Assembly (NCBI GenBank): GCA_046704725.1
Contig: JBJKRI010000006.1
Location: 32,001 to 96,000, forward strand
Reading direction: 5' to 3'
DNA length: 64,000 bases
Source: Candidatus Woesearchaeota archaeon
GTDB lineage: Archaea; Nanobdellota; Nanobdellia; Woesearchaeales; SKIA01
Under the pieces are notes generated by a model. It saw only the letters and a program-made list of their open reading frames with translations. It did not search any database and was not told where the DNA came from. Positions within the stretch are counted from its first letter, which is position 1, and the number at the start of each line of letters is the position of its first letter. Positions 47,701-59,700 of this stretch are shown one piece after another. A program made the position numbers and the translations under genes.

Positions 47701-50700
47701 TGCTCGGGTCATAGGTCAGGACGGCATAGCCGCCGCTCGTGGTGTTCGAGCCGAGCGTGAGCGGCCCCTGCGACACTGGTGTCGACGTGTTCGCGCCGAA
47801 TGTCACGGTGACGCCGTCAGGCACCCAGGACGGGACGGAGACATTGAGCAGGATGCTGTCCGGCATGGAGGCCGACGCGGAGTCGCGGTCCACCTGCGTG
47901 CTGTTCGACGGCGAGACCGGTGTGATGGGGAACGGCAGGACCGTCAGGCTCGCGTTCTGGCCAGGAGCGTTGCCCGCGTAGTAGTAGATGCCGAGCTGAT
48001 CGGAGACGTTGCAAGACACGCTGTAGGATCCTGTGGTGTTCGTCTGGAAGCTATACGTCACGCCACCGGAACTGTTCGTCGTGTTCGTGCCGAGCAACGT
48101 GCTGTTCCTGTAGAACAAGACCGTCGCACCAGCGACGGAGACGTTCGTGTCCTGGTCACGCACCTCGCACGATTGGGCGGTCGATTGGAAGGCATAGATC
48201 GTGGAGGAGGCGAGCGACGCGGATGTCACGTTCATATAGCCGTAGATCGTCGTGTTCCGCTGGGACGCGGAGACGTTCAGGAAGTACGACGCCGAAGCAT
48301 TGCCGGAGACGGTCCAATTCCCGACGCCTGCCAAGGCGAGCAGGCTGTAGGATCCCTGCCAGTAGGGGTCCAGGAACGTCGTCGTGTTCGTGTCATTGCC
48401 GTTCACGCTCGAGACATTCATCTGGACGACGCCAGAGTACGACGCGTTGAGCTGCGAACGCGTCTCCGGACCAGGGCTCGTGTAGTTGAAGCGTACGCGC
48501 ATCGTCTGGTTCTGCGTGTAGTTCTTGTTCGGGTCAGCGGTCGCGTTCCAGAAGACGAGCGACGGCGTGCCATAGCTGGTGTAGGTGCGCGTGCCGTTGA
48601 TCCCACCATCGGCACCAGAACCCCACCAGGAATGCACGCCGGCATACGTCGTGGAGTTCGGGTTGTAATAGAGCACCGCGTGGCCTCCGACGGTCGTGTT
48701 CGTACCGATCGTCGTCGGACCGACGGCGAACGGAGACGTCAGGTTCTGGGAGAACGTGATATTCACGCCGTCCGGCACGTAGGACGGCACGGAGATGTTG
48801 AGCAGGATGACGTCGGGGATGCTCGCGCTGCCGGAATCACGGTCCACAGCCGTGGCGTTCGACGGCGAGACCGGCGTGACGGGGAAGGGATACACCGTGA
48901 TGAACGCGCTCTGGCCCGGCGTGTTTCCGGCGAGGTAATAGATGCTCGGTTGATCGGAGACATTGCAGGTCACTTTGTACGTGCCGGAGGAGTTCGTCTG
49001 GAAGGAGAAGGAGGCGGATCCCATGCTGTTCGTCGTGTTCGTGCCGAGCAATGTGGAGTTCCGATAGAACGACACTATCGCTCCCTGGACCGCTGCATTC
49101 GTGTGTTGGTCGTTCACCAGGCAGGTCTGCGTGACGTATTGGTAATCGAACGACGAGAGGGGAGTGGTCGACGAGGCGACCACGTCCATGTAGCCGTAGA
49201 CCGTCGTGTTCCGGCCAGCCATCGAAGCGGGGAAGAAGTACGACGCCGAAGCATTGCCGGAGACCGTCCAATTCCCGACGCCGGCCAAGGTGAGCAGGCC
49301 GTACGAACCAGTCCAATACGGACTGAAGAACGTCGTCGTGTTCGTGTCATTGCCGTTCACGCTCGAGACATTGACCTGCACGGCGCCACCATAGGATGCA
49401 TTGAGTTCGCTCCTGGTCTCGGGACCGAGACTCGTGAGGTTGTACCTCGCGACGAGAGTGCCGTTCTCCGTATAGTTCGCGTTCGGATACGTGGAAGAGT
49501 TCCAGAACGTCAGATTGAGAGCGCCCCACTCATCATACGTCCGCGTGCCGTTCTCCCCGCCGTCAGGACCGGCAGCCCACCACGCGTGGACACCCGAATA
49601 CGTGGTAGCGTTCGGGTTATAATACAGGACGGCGTGACCGCCGATCGTCGTGTTCGAACCGATCGTCGTGGGACCGACAGCGAACGGAGACGTCAGGTTC
49701 TGCGAGAACGTGATAGCGACGCCATTCGGGACGTACGACGGCACAGAGACATTCAGCAAGACGACATCGGGCATGGTCGCGTTCACGCTGTCACGATCGA
49801 CCGCGGTGGCGTTCGCTGGACTGATTGGCGTGACCGGGAAGGGCAGGACGGTCAGGGACGCGCTCTGGCCGGGGGCGTCGCCAGCGTAATAGTAGATGCC
49901 GAGTTGGTCGGAGACGTTGCAGCTCACAGCGTACGTTCCGGAGACGTTCGTCTGGAAGCTATACGTCACGCCGCCAGAGCTGTTCGTCGTGTTCGTGCCC
50001 AGGAGCGTCGAATTGCGGTAGAACGACACTGTGGCTCCCTGGATCGCGACGCCGGTGTGCTCGTCACGCACCGCGCACGCCTGGAACGTGGACTGGTATG
50101 AGTAGATCGTCGACGGGGATAGCGAGGCGGAGGTCACGTTCATGTAGCCGTACACCGTCGTGTTCCGATTGGCGATGGATGCGGGGAAGAAGTACGATGC
50201 CGAAGCATTGCCGGAAACGTTCCACTTACCCACACCCTTCAAGGCGAGCAGGCCGTACGAACCAGTCCAATACGGACTGAAGAACGTCGTCGTGTTCGTA
50301 TCATTGCCGTTCACGCTCGAGACATTGAGCTGCACGGCACCGGAATAGGTCGCATTGAGCTGGGAGCGCGACTCGGGACCGAGGCTCGTCAGGTTAAAGC
50401 GAGCGACGAGCGTGCCGTTCTGCGTGTAGTTCGCGGCCGGATAGAACGAGGCATTCCAGAAAGTCAGATTCAGCCCGCCGTACTCGTCATACGTCCTTGT
50501 GCCGTTCGGGTCCCCGGCTGTCCCGGAATCACCGTACCAGCGATAGGCGCCAGCATAGCTGCTGCTGTTCGGGTTATAGTAAAGCACAGCGTGGCCTCCG
50601 AGCGTGATGTTCGAGCCGAGAGTGTATGGACCTCCGGTGAACGGAGCGGTCCTGTTCGCGTAGAACGTGATCGTCACGCCGTCGCTCACCTGCGAGGGCA

Positions 50701-53700
50701 CAGAAACATTGAGGAGGATGACGTCCGTCATGGTCGCGTTCACGCCGTCGCGGTCGACACCCGTAGCGTTGTTCGGGGCGACGGGGGTGATCGGGAAGGG
50801 GATGATGCTAAGGGTGTCGTTCCCGGATGGCTGGCCGCCCGCGAGGTAATAGATGCTGTACTGGTCGGAGACGTTGCAGCTCACAGCATAGGTGCCAGTG
50901 GTCGATGTCGTGAAACTCGTCGTCGCGTAGCCCGTGCTGTTGGTGAGGTTCGTCGCGAGGAGCGTCCCGTTCCGGTAGAAAGAGACGTTCGCTGCAGCGA
51001 CCGCGACGCCCGTGTGCTCGTCCTGCACCCGGCACGTTTGGGTCACGATCTGCCACGCGTATGCGCTCGACGCGCTCAGCGATGCGGAAGTCACGTTCAT
51101 GTAGCCATACACCGTCGTGTTCCGCTGAGACGCGGAGACATTGAAGAAATACGACGCCGATGCATTGCCGGTAACAGTCCAGTTGCCCACACCAGCCAAG
51201 GCGAGCAGGCTGTACGAACCATTCCAATACGGACCGACAAAGATCGTCGTGTTCGTGTCATTACCGTTCACGCTCGAGACATTCAACTGGACAGCTCCAG
51301 AGTACGTCGCATTCAACTGGGAACGCGTCTCGGGGCCGGGACTCGTGAGATTGAAGAGCACGTAGAGCGTATCGTTCTGCGTGTAGTTCGCATTCGGGTC
51401 AACCGTCACATTCCAGAATTTCAGGGACGGCGTTCCGTAGCTGATGTAGGTTCGCGTGCCGTTCGTGGAAGCCTGCGTAGAGCCACCCCACCACTCGTGG
51501 ACGCCAGCATATGTCGATGAGTTCGGGTTATAATACAGGACGGCGTGCCCGCCGCTCGTCGTGTTCGAACCGATCGTCGTGGGACCGACAGCGAACGGAG
51601 ACGTCAGGTTCTGCGAGAACGTGATAGCGACGCCATTCGGGACGTAGGACGGCACAGAGACATTCAGCAAGACGACATCGGGCATGGTGGCGCTGCCGGA
51701 ATCACGGTCCACTGTCGTCGTGTTCGACGGAGAGACCGGCGTGACCGGGAACGGCAATACTGTGAGCGTCGCGTTCTTCCCGGGAGCGTTTCCCGCATAG
51801 TAATAGATGCCGAATTGGTCTGAGACGTTGCACGACACGCTGTACGTTCCCGAGACGTTCGTCTGGAAGCTATACGTGACCCCACCGGAGCTGTTCGTCG
51901 TGTTCGTGCCGAGCAACGTAGAGTTGCGGTAGAACGAGACCGTCGCGCCAGAAACAGCGACATTCGTGTCCTGATCGCGGACCTCACAGGTCTGGGCGGT
52001 GGGCTGGTACGCATAGATCGTCGACGGAGAGAGAGACGCGGAGGTCACGTTCATATAGCCGTAGATCGTCGTGTTCCGCTGGGACGCGGAGACGTTCAGG
52101 AAGTACGACGCCGAAGCATTGCCGGAGACGGTCCAATTGCCGACGCCCGCGAGGGCGAGCAAGCGATACGAACCATCCCAATACGGGTTCACGAACGACG
52201 TGACGTTCGTGTCCTGACCATTCACGCTAGAGACATTCAACTGCACAACACCACCATACGTCGAATTAAGCTGGGAACGCGACTCCGGACCAGGACTCGT
52301 GAGATTGAAACGCGCATGAAGCGTATCGTTCTGCGTGTAATTCGCATTCGGGTCAACCGTCACATTCCAGAACGTCAAGGACGGCGTACCATAGCTCAGG
52401 TAGGTGCGCGTACCGTTATGGATTCCGGCGCTGGAGTCCGCGTACCAGAGGTACGCTCCAGCATAGCTCGAACTGTTCGGGTTATAGTACAAGAGCGCGT
52501 TGCCGCCGCTCGTCGTATTCGAGCCGAGTGTGTAAGGACCTCCGGTGAAGGGAGTGGTCCGGTTCGCGAGGAACGAGATGGACACGCCATTCGGCACCCA
52601 GGAAGGCACGGACACGTTCAGAAGGATGACATCTGGAATCGACGCGCTTCCGGAGTCACGGTCGACTGCGGTTCCGTTCACGGGGGAGACGATCGTGATC
52701 GGGAAGGGAGTGACGGTCAAGGACGAACTCTGCGCAGGAACGTTTCCAGCATAGTAATAGATTGACGGCTGGTCAGAGACATTGCAGCTCACGGAATACG
52801 TCCCTGTGGTGTTCGTCTGGAAGCTAAACGTGACGCCACCAGAACTGTTCGTCGTATTCGTGCCAAGGAGCGTACCATTCCGATAGAACGAGACCGAGGC
52901 GCCCTGCACCGCAACACCTGTGTGCTCATCGTGCACCGCGCACGACTGGGCGGTGGACTGGTACGAGTATATCGTCGAGGAGGCGAGCGAAGCGGAGGTC
53001 ACGTTCATGTAGCCGTATACTGTTGTGTTGCGGATCGAAGCAGAGACATTCAGGAAGTACGACGCCGAAGCGTTACCGGTGATGTTCCAGTTGCCGACGC
53101 CAGCCAAGGCGAGCAAGCCGTAAGAGCCCTGCCAAATCGGATTGACGAAGCTCGTGGTGTTCGTGTCCTTACCATTCACGCTCGAGACATTCAACTGGAC
53201 AGCGCCAGAGTACGAGGAATTGAGCTGGGAACGCGACTCCGGACCGGGACTCGTGTAGTTGAAGCGAACGAGCATCGTCTGGTTCTGCGTGTAGTTCGCG
53301 TCCGGATCGACAGTCGCATTCCAGAACACAAGAGACGGCGTACCATAACTCACATACGTACGCGTACCATTCGTCGAAGCCTGCGTAGAACCACCCCACC
53401 AAGAGTGGATACCAGCATACGTCGAGCTATTCGGGTTATAATACAAGACAGCAAACCCACCACTCGTCGTGTTCGAACCAATAACCGTCGGACCGACAGC
53501 AAAAGGAGACGTCAAGTTCTGCGTGAACGTGATGGCCACACCATTCGGAACATACGACGGAACAGAGACATTCAACAAGATGACATCAGGGATGCTCGCG
53601 CTGCCGGAATCTCGGTCCACAGCGGTCGCGTTCGACGGGCCCACAGGAGTCACGGGGAACGGCAAGACCGTCAAGGACGTGCTCCGACCAGGAACGTTTC

Positions 53701-56700
53701 CCGCATAGTAATAGATGGACAACTGGTCTGAGACGTTGCACGACACGCTGTACGTCCCGGAGACATTCGTCTGGAAGGAATACGTGACACCACCAGAACT
53801 GTTCGTCGTATTCGTGCCAAGGAGCGTACCATTCCTATAGAACGAGACCGTCGCACCAACCGCAGAGACATTCGTGTCCTGATCACGGACCTCACACGAC
53901 TGCACAGTGGATTGGTACGCATAGATCGTCGACCGAGACAAAGACGCAGAAGTCACGTTCATATAACCATACACCGTCGTGTTCCGACCACTCACCGAAA
54001 CAGGGAAGAAATACGACGCCGAAGCATTACCAGAAACATTCCAGTTGCCGACACCAGCCAAAACGAGCAAGCCATACGAGCCCTGCCAATACGGATTGAC
54101 GAAGCTCGTGGTGTTCGTGTCCTGACCATTCACGCTAGAGACATTCAACTGCACAACACCACCATACGTCGAATTAAGCTGGGAACGCGACTCTGGACCA
54201 AGACTCGTGAGATTGAAACGCGCATGAAGCGTTTCATTCTGGGTGTAATTCGCATTCGGATACGAAGACACATTCCAGAACGAGAGATTGAACGCACCCC
54301 ACTCAGCATACGTGCGGCTACCGTTCGGACCTCCGGCCGTTCCGGAATTACCGTACCAGCGATAAGCGCCAGCGTAGCTGCTGCTGTTCGGATTGTAATA
54401 GAGGACAGCGTTGCCGCCGCTCGTCGTATTCGAGCCGAGCGTATACGGACCACCGGTGAAGGGAGCGGTGCGGTTCGCGAGGAACGAGATGGACACGCCA
54501 TTCGGCACCCAAGACGGTACGGACACGTTCAAGAGGATGACATCGGGCATGGTCGCGTTCACGCCGTCACGATCCACAGAGGTGCCGTTCACAGGGGAGA
54601 CGGGCTGTATGGCGAACGGGTCGACGGTAAGCGTCGCGTTGCGCTGCGGAGCGTTCCCGGCGTACAGCAAGGAAGAAGGCTGGTCGGAGACGTTGCACGT
54701 GATCAGCCAGCTCCCGGTCGCATTCACGTTGAAGGACAATGTCAAGACTCCCGAAGAGTTCGTCGTATTGGTCCCGAGGGAAGTGCCGTTGCGGTAGAAG
54801 CCGACCGTCGCTCCCGAGACAGCAGAGCCTGTCCGCTGGTCACTCACCGTGCACGACGCGGTCGTGGACTGATACGCGTAGATGGTGGATGGAGCCAGGC
54901 TCATCGTGGTCACGTTCATGTAGTCGCCGAGAGTGATGGAGATATCCTGGTTCTGCGTCATGTTCACGCTCCTGGACTCGTCGTGGTACCCGGTCTTGCC
55001 CGCAGAGACCGTGTGGTTGGTGAGAGTCGTGACCGTGCCGTTCTCGTCGGTCGCGTAGGTCACGTTCTGGCGGGTGATGCTGCCGTTCGCGGCGGTCGTG
55101 ACGCTGAAGACCTGGGACGCGAGCGCGTCGGTCGCGTTGACCGTCGCGCCGCTCACCGCGCTCCCCAGCGTGTTGTTCACGTACACGTCCAGGTAGTGCT
55201 GGTAATAGACGATTGCCGTCTCTCCGGTGTTCACTCCGGTGAAGACCGTCGTCGCGGGCGTGATGCTGCTGTTGCGCACAGTGATGTTCTGCACGCTCGT
55301 CCCGGTCCCGCCGGCGTTCACGAACAGCACGTTCCCGCCAGCGGAAACAATGCTGTCGATGATGAAGAGCTGGTCGGCGGTGTTGTAGGTGTTCACGCCG
55401 TAATTGCCGCCGTAGATCGTGCTGTTCTTGATCGTGACGTTGCCGTTCGCCCCTACACCGGTGTTCGACACGTTGATCGTGCTGTCCGTGAGGTTCGCGT
55501 CGCTGCCCAAGAGCACGCCATTGTTTCCGTACACGGTGATGTTGTGCAGGTCCTTGCTCCCTCCCGGCATATTGATGGCCGTCTTTGTCGTGTTGATGTA
55601 CAATCCGTGGGCGGAGAGGACGCCGTTGGACAGTTCGATGCCGCCGCTCGCGACCGTCCCGAGGACGCGCGTATCATTGAGGGTGACCGTGGATGAGTAG
55701 CCGCCGATGAGGCTCGTTGCGTTGATGCCTGTGAGATTGACCGACCGCAACGTGACATGGCCCGTTCCGCTGGCGTAGACTCCCGAAGAGCCCGATCCAG
55801 TCACGTTCGTCCAGACCACACTGTCAGTGAGGTTCAGGTTCGCCGCCTTTATCCCGTACTGGTTGGCCGCCGTGCCCTGGATGCTGATGTTGAGGCGCGC
55901 GAGGCGCAACGGCTGGTTCGTGGTGATGGCGCTCGTGTCGTTGCCGAGGATCGTCGGCAATCCTGTGCCGTTGCTCGTGATCGTGATATCCTTGTTGACC
56001 GTCACGTTCTCCACATAGGTGCGGTTGTCGATGATGACGACGTGCTGTCCCGCGCTGGCAGCGTCCACGGCGGTCTGGACGTTCTTGTAGCACACGCCCG
56101 TCTCGTTGATGCAGACGGTGAGTGGATAGACGATGTAGCTACGGCTGATGTTGGTCGGTGGGTAGAAGTACGTCGCGCCGCTCGCCACGGTCGTGTTCCA
56201 CGTCGTGATAGAGATGGTCCCGATGGGTATCTGGTAGGTGTCGTTGCGCCAGAAGGTGCCGTTATAGACGAGTCCGACCGTCCCGCTGTTGGAGGGCCCC
56301 TTGTGGGTCGCGTTGCTCGAGGCGCTGTAGCTCGCGTTGAGCTGCGACGCTGTCTCAGGGCCGGGGCTCGTGAGGTTTACATCGGCGGCGATGACGTCTT
56401 GCTGGTAGTAGCTCGCGTTCGGATCCACGCTCGCATACGAGAACGCCTGCTGCAGACCGCCATAGACGAGGGCGTCGCTCGTCGTGGACGGGTCGGCGTA
56501 CGTGCTGTTCGCGAAGACCGTGACGTTGCCCGCGTAGACCGTCGCGTTCGGGTTCCAGACGTAGACGGCATTCCCGTTCGCGTCCGTCGTGTTCGAGCCC
56601 AAGAGCAGGTCCGTCTGCCCCAACGCCGGGTCGGTGAGGTTGAGGTAGAAGTCAATCGTCACTCCGGCAGGCGCTGAGGGGATGGAAGCGTTCAACAGGA

Positions 56701-59700
56701 GCGTGTCGGGATCCGCGCTCACGCTGTCTCGGTCCACGCGCGTGCCGTTGGCGGTGTTCATCGCCGCCGTCGTGCGGCTGATGGTATAGGTGCTCGTCTT
56801 GTTCTGCGAAGCATACAACGGGTCGTCGCAGTAGACGTCGAACGCCGCTCCCGCGTAGGTCCTGTTGAAGCTCCTGTTGAACCAATAGAGCTTTCTGGCG
56901 GCGTCGTAGGTCATGTTCTTATAGACGGTCCAGCCGCCGCTGACGTTGAAACGGGCCTCGCAGTAGCTGCTCGCCGTGTGGATGGGCTGCATGCTCGTGT
57001 CGCTATAGTTCGCCGTGAAGTTATCGAGCGTGTAGACCGGCACGATGGTCGAAGCGCTGGTGTCCGAGAGGGTGAGGTTGGACAGACCGTGCACGACAAA
57101 GGTGGTGCTCGACGTGCCGAGGTAGGTGTAGGGTCCGGTCATGTTCGCCAACAGGTTCCACGTCCCGACCGGCGCGGTGTAGCCGATCGTTCCTGTGCCC
57201 GACCAGTTCACGCCGTTGTACAACAGCGTGATGTTGCTCATGGGCGAGGCGGCGCTCTGCGGAGAGTAGTTCGCCTCGACGGTCAATGAATAGTTGTTCC
57301 CGAGCTGCGCCTGCGTCTCCTTGTTTATCTGCGAGGAGGCGTTGTACTGCAAGGTGACGGTGTCCGTCTGGTTGTAGACCGCGTTCGGGTCCGCCACGGC
57401 GCTCGACGGCGCGAGGGCGGGGGCTCCCTTGATGATGAAGGTGTGCGTGCTGTTGAAGAACGATATCACGCTCTCGCCCCACCAAGTATAGTTCCCCGCA
57501 TAGTACGAGCTGTTCGGATTGAACCAGAGCGTGGCGTATCCCGTGGCGTTCGTCGTGTTCGAGCCGAGGAGCAGGCCGTTCTGGCCGGCGAAGGCAGGGT
57601 CGGTGAGGTTCGCCGTGAAGTTCACCGTGTAGCCCGCGCCGGCGCCCGGTATGCGCATGACGAGCGGTATCACGTCAGGGTCGCTCGCGCTGTAGCCGTC
57701 GCGATCGACGACGGTGCCGTCGGCGGGGTTCATCGAGTCGGACGCCCCTTTCACGGTGAAGTTCCGTGTGATGAGGAGAGTATTGGCTGCGCCGGTATAA
57801 TCGGTAAAGCCTGAATTGACGTGCGTCCACGCAGTCACATTCCACACGCCCACAGGTGCATCGCTCGGGAGCACATACGTCCCACTGAAGTTCCCCGAGC
57901 CGTTCATGTCGACGAAGTAACTTGAGGTATTCGGTGCGTGGAGGTCGGCCTCCACGAACACGCCGTAGCTAGAGTTCAGCTGCGACGCGGTCTCGCCGAG
58001 GCTGGAGACAGTGAAGTTCAGGCCGACGGTCTGTGTCGCGTTATAGTCCGGGCCCGGATCGAGCGTCGCGTTCTGATACGCGAGCGTGAGATTGAACAGG
58101 ACATCCAGCGTACGGCTCCCCAGGCTGTCGCTGCCCGCGCTCTGTGGCCACCAGGACCAGTTTCCTCCATGGATGGACGTGCTGGGATTCCACCAGAATG
58201 TCGCCGTGCCGCTCGCGTTCGTCGTGTTCTGTCCCAGGTAGACATCCGTCTGGCCGAGCAACGGGTCGGTCAGGTTCGCCGTGAAATTCACCAGGACGCC
58301 CGGAGCGCCATCGGTCAGGTTCGCCTGCAGTGCGATGAATGCGGGCCAACCCCCCGCCCCCGGCCCATCACGGCTCACGTATGAACCCCCCGAGATTGGA
58401 AGCGGGATGACGCGCACGTCCTCTTTCACGTTTCGCTGCGTGCTGTTGGCGGCGTTGCCGACCAGGTCCTGGCACTCCACGTTCCAGCTGTAGTTGCCGT
58501 TTTGCACGCTCGTGAGCCAGAAGCTCTGTGTCGTGCCTTGGGTGATGCTCGTGTTCGTCTGGTTGAGGGTGTCGTTGATGTAGAGCGAGCACTGCGGCAC
58601 GGGGAGCAGGTTGTCCGAGACGTTATAATCGAGCTGGATGGTCCGTGTCGTGGTCACGACGGTGTTGTTCGCCGGGTTCTCCAAGAGGACGGTCGGCGCC
58701 TGCGTGTCCACGGTGAAGTTCCTGGTGACGGTCGATGCGGCGTTGCCGGCCTTGTCCGTGCACGAGACGCTCCAGTTGTGCTGTCCCTGCGTGAATCCTG
58801 TCACGGTCGTCGCGTTGGTCTGGCCGTTCACGACGCTCGCGCTCGTGTTGAGCGCGCCGTCCACGTAGACGTCGCAGCCGATGTACGGGTCGAGGTTGTC
58901 GCTCGCGGTCCAGTTGAAGGTCACGCTCGTCGACGAGGTGTTGTAGCCCTCGACGGGGGTGTTGGGCGTGACTGTCGGGGCGGTCGTGTCGACATAGAGG
59001 AGCACGGTCTTGTTCGTCGCGTAGTTGTAGGCCTGGTCCCATACTTCGAGCGTGATATTGCGCAGTCCCTGGGGCTGCGCGGCGAGGGTCTGCTGGTGCG
59101 TCGTGGCGTTCGCCATCGTGCCGTTCGAGTCCTGCGTGCCGTTCACGTACAAGGTCCAGTTCAACGTAGAGGCCATGTTGTCCTGGGCGGTGAAGTTGAC
59201 CGACGGGGTCGTCGTGTTATACCAGGTGTAGTTGGTCGCCGGAACGGTGATACTGCTGTTCGGCGCGGTCAGGTCGATGAGGACGTTGCGCGTCGCGCTG
59301 GTTCCCGTGAGGTAGCGCGCCGAGTCGTCGTCGCACGCCGCGTACCAAGTGTCATTGCCCTGTGTGAAGGTGTGCGTATAGGTGTCCGACGTGTTGACGG
59401 TGAAGCTGCTGTTCGTGTCGACGAGCGCCCCGTTCACGTAGACGCGGCACTGGCTGATGTTGAAGAAACCGTCCGTCGCGTTGTAGGTAAGGGCGTGGGA
59501 CGCGGTGTTGTACCAGGTATTGTTGGGTGGCGAGACGAGGCTCACGTTCGGGGCTGGATAGGTGAAGTTCACGCTCAAGAAAGCGATGTCGTAGTCGTAC
59601 GTCGGGCTCTGAGGGTTCTTCCAGAGGTTGCCGTCCGTCAGGCGGAGCCAAACCCGGTTCATGTAGTTGGAGGTGTTGACGGCCTGGGTGATATCACAAG

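Noticed and set aside
45050-58400. CRISPR array or diversity-generating retroelement TR/VR pair
   Set aside because: Repeats are ~955-bp in-frame coding units; differences are mostly synonymous and not adenine-specific; no RT or cas genes
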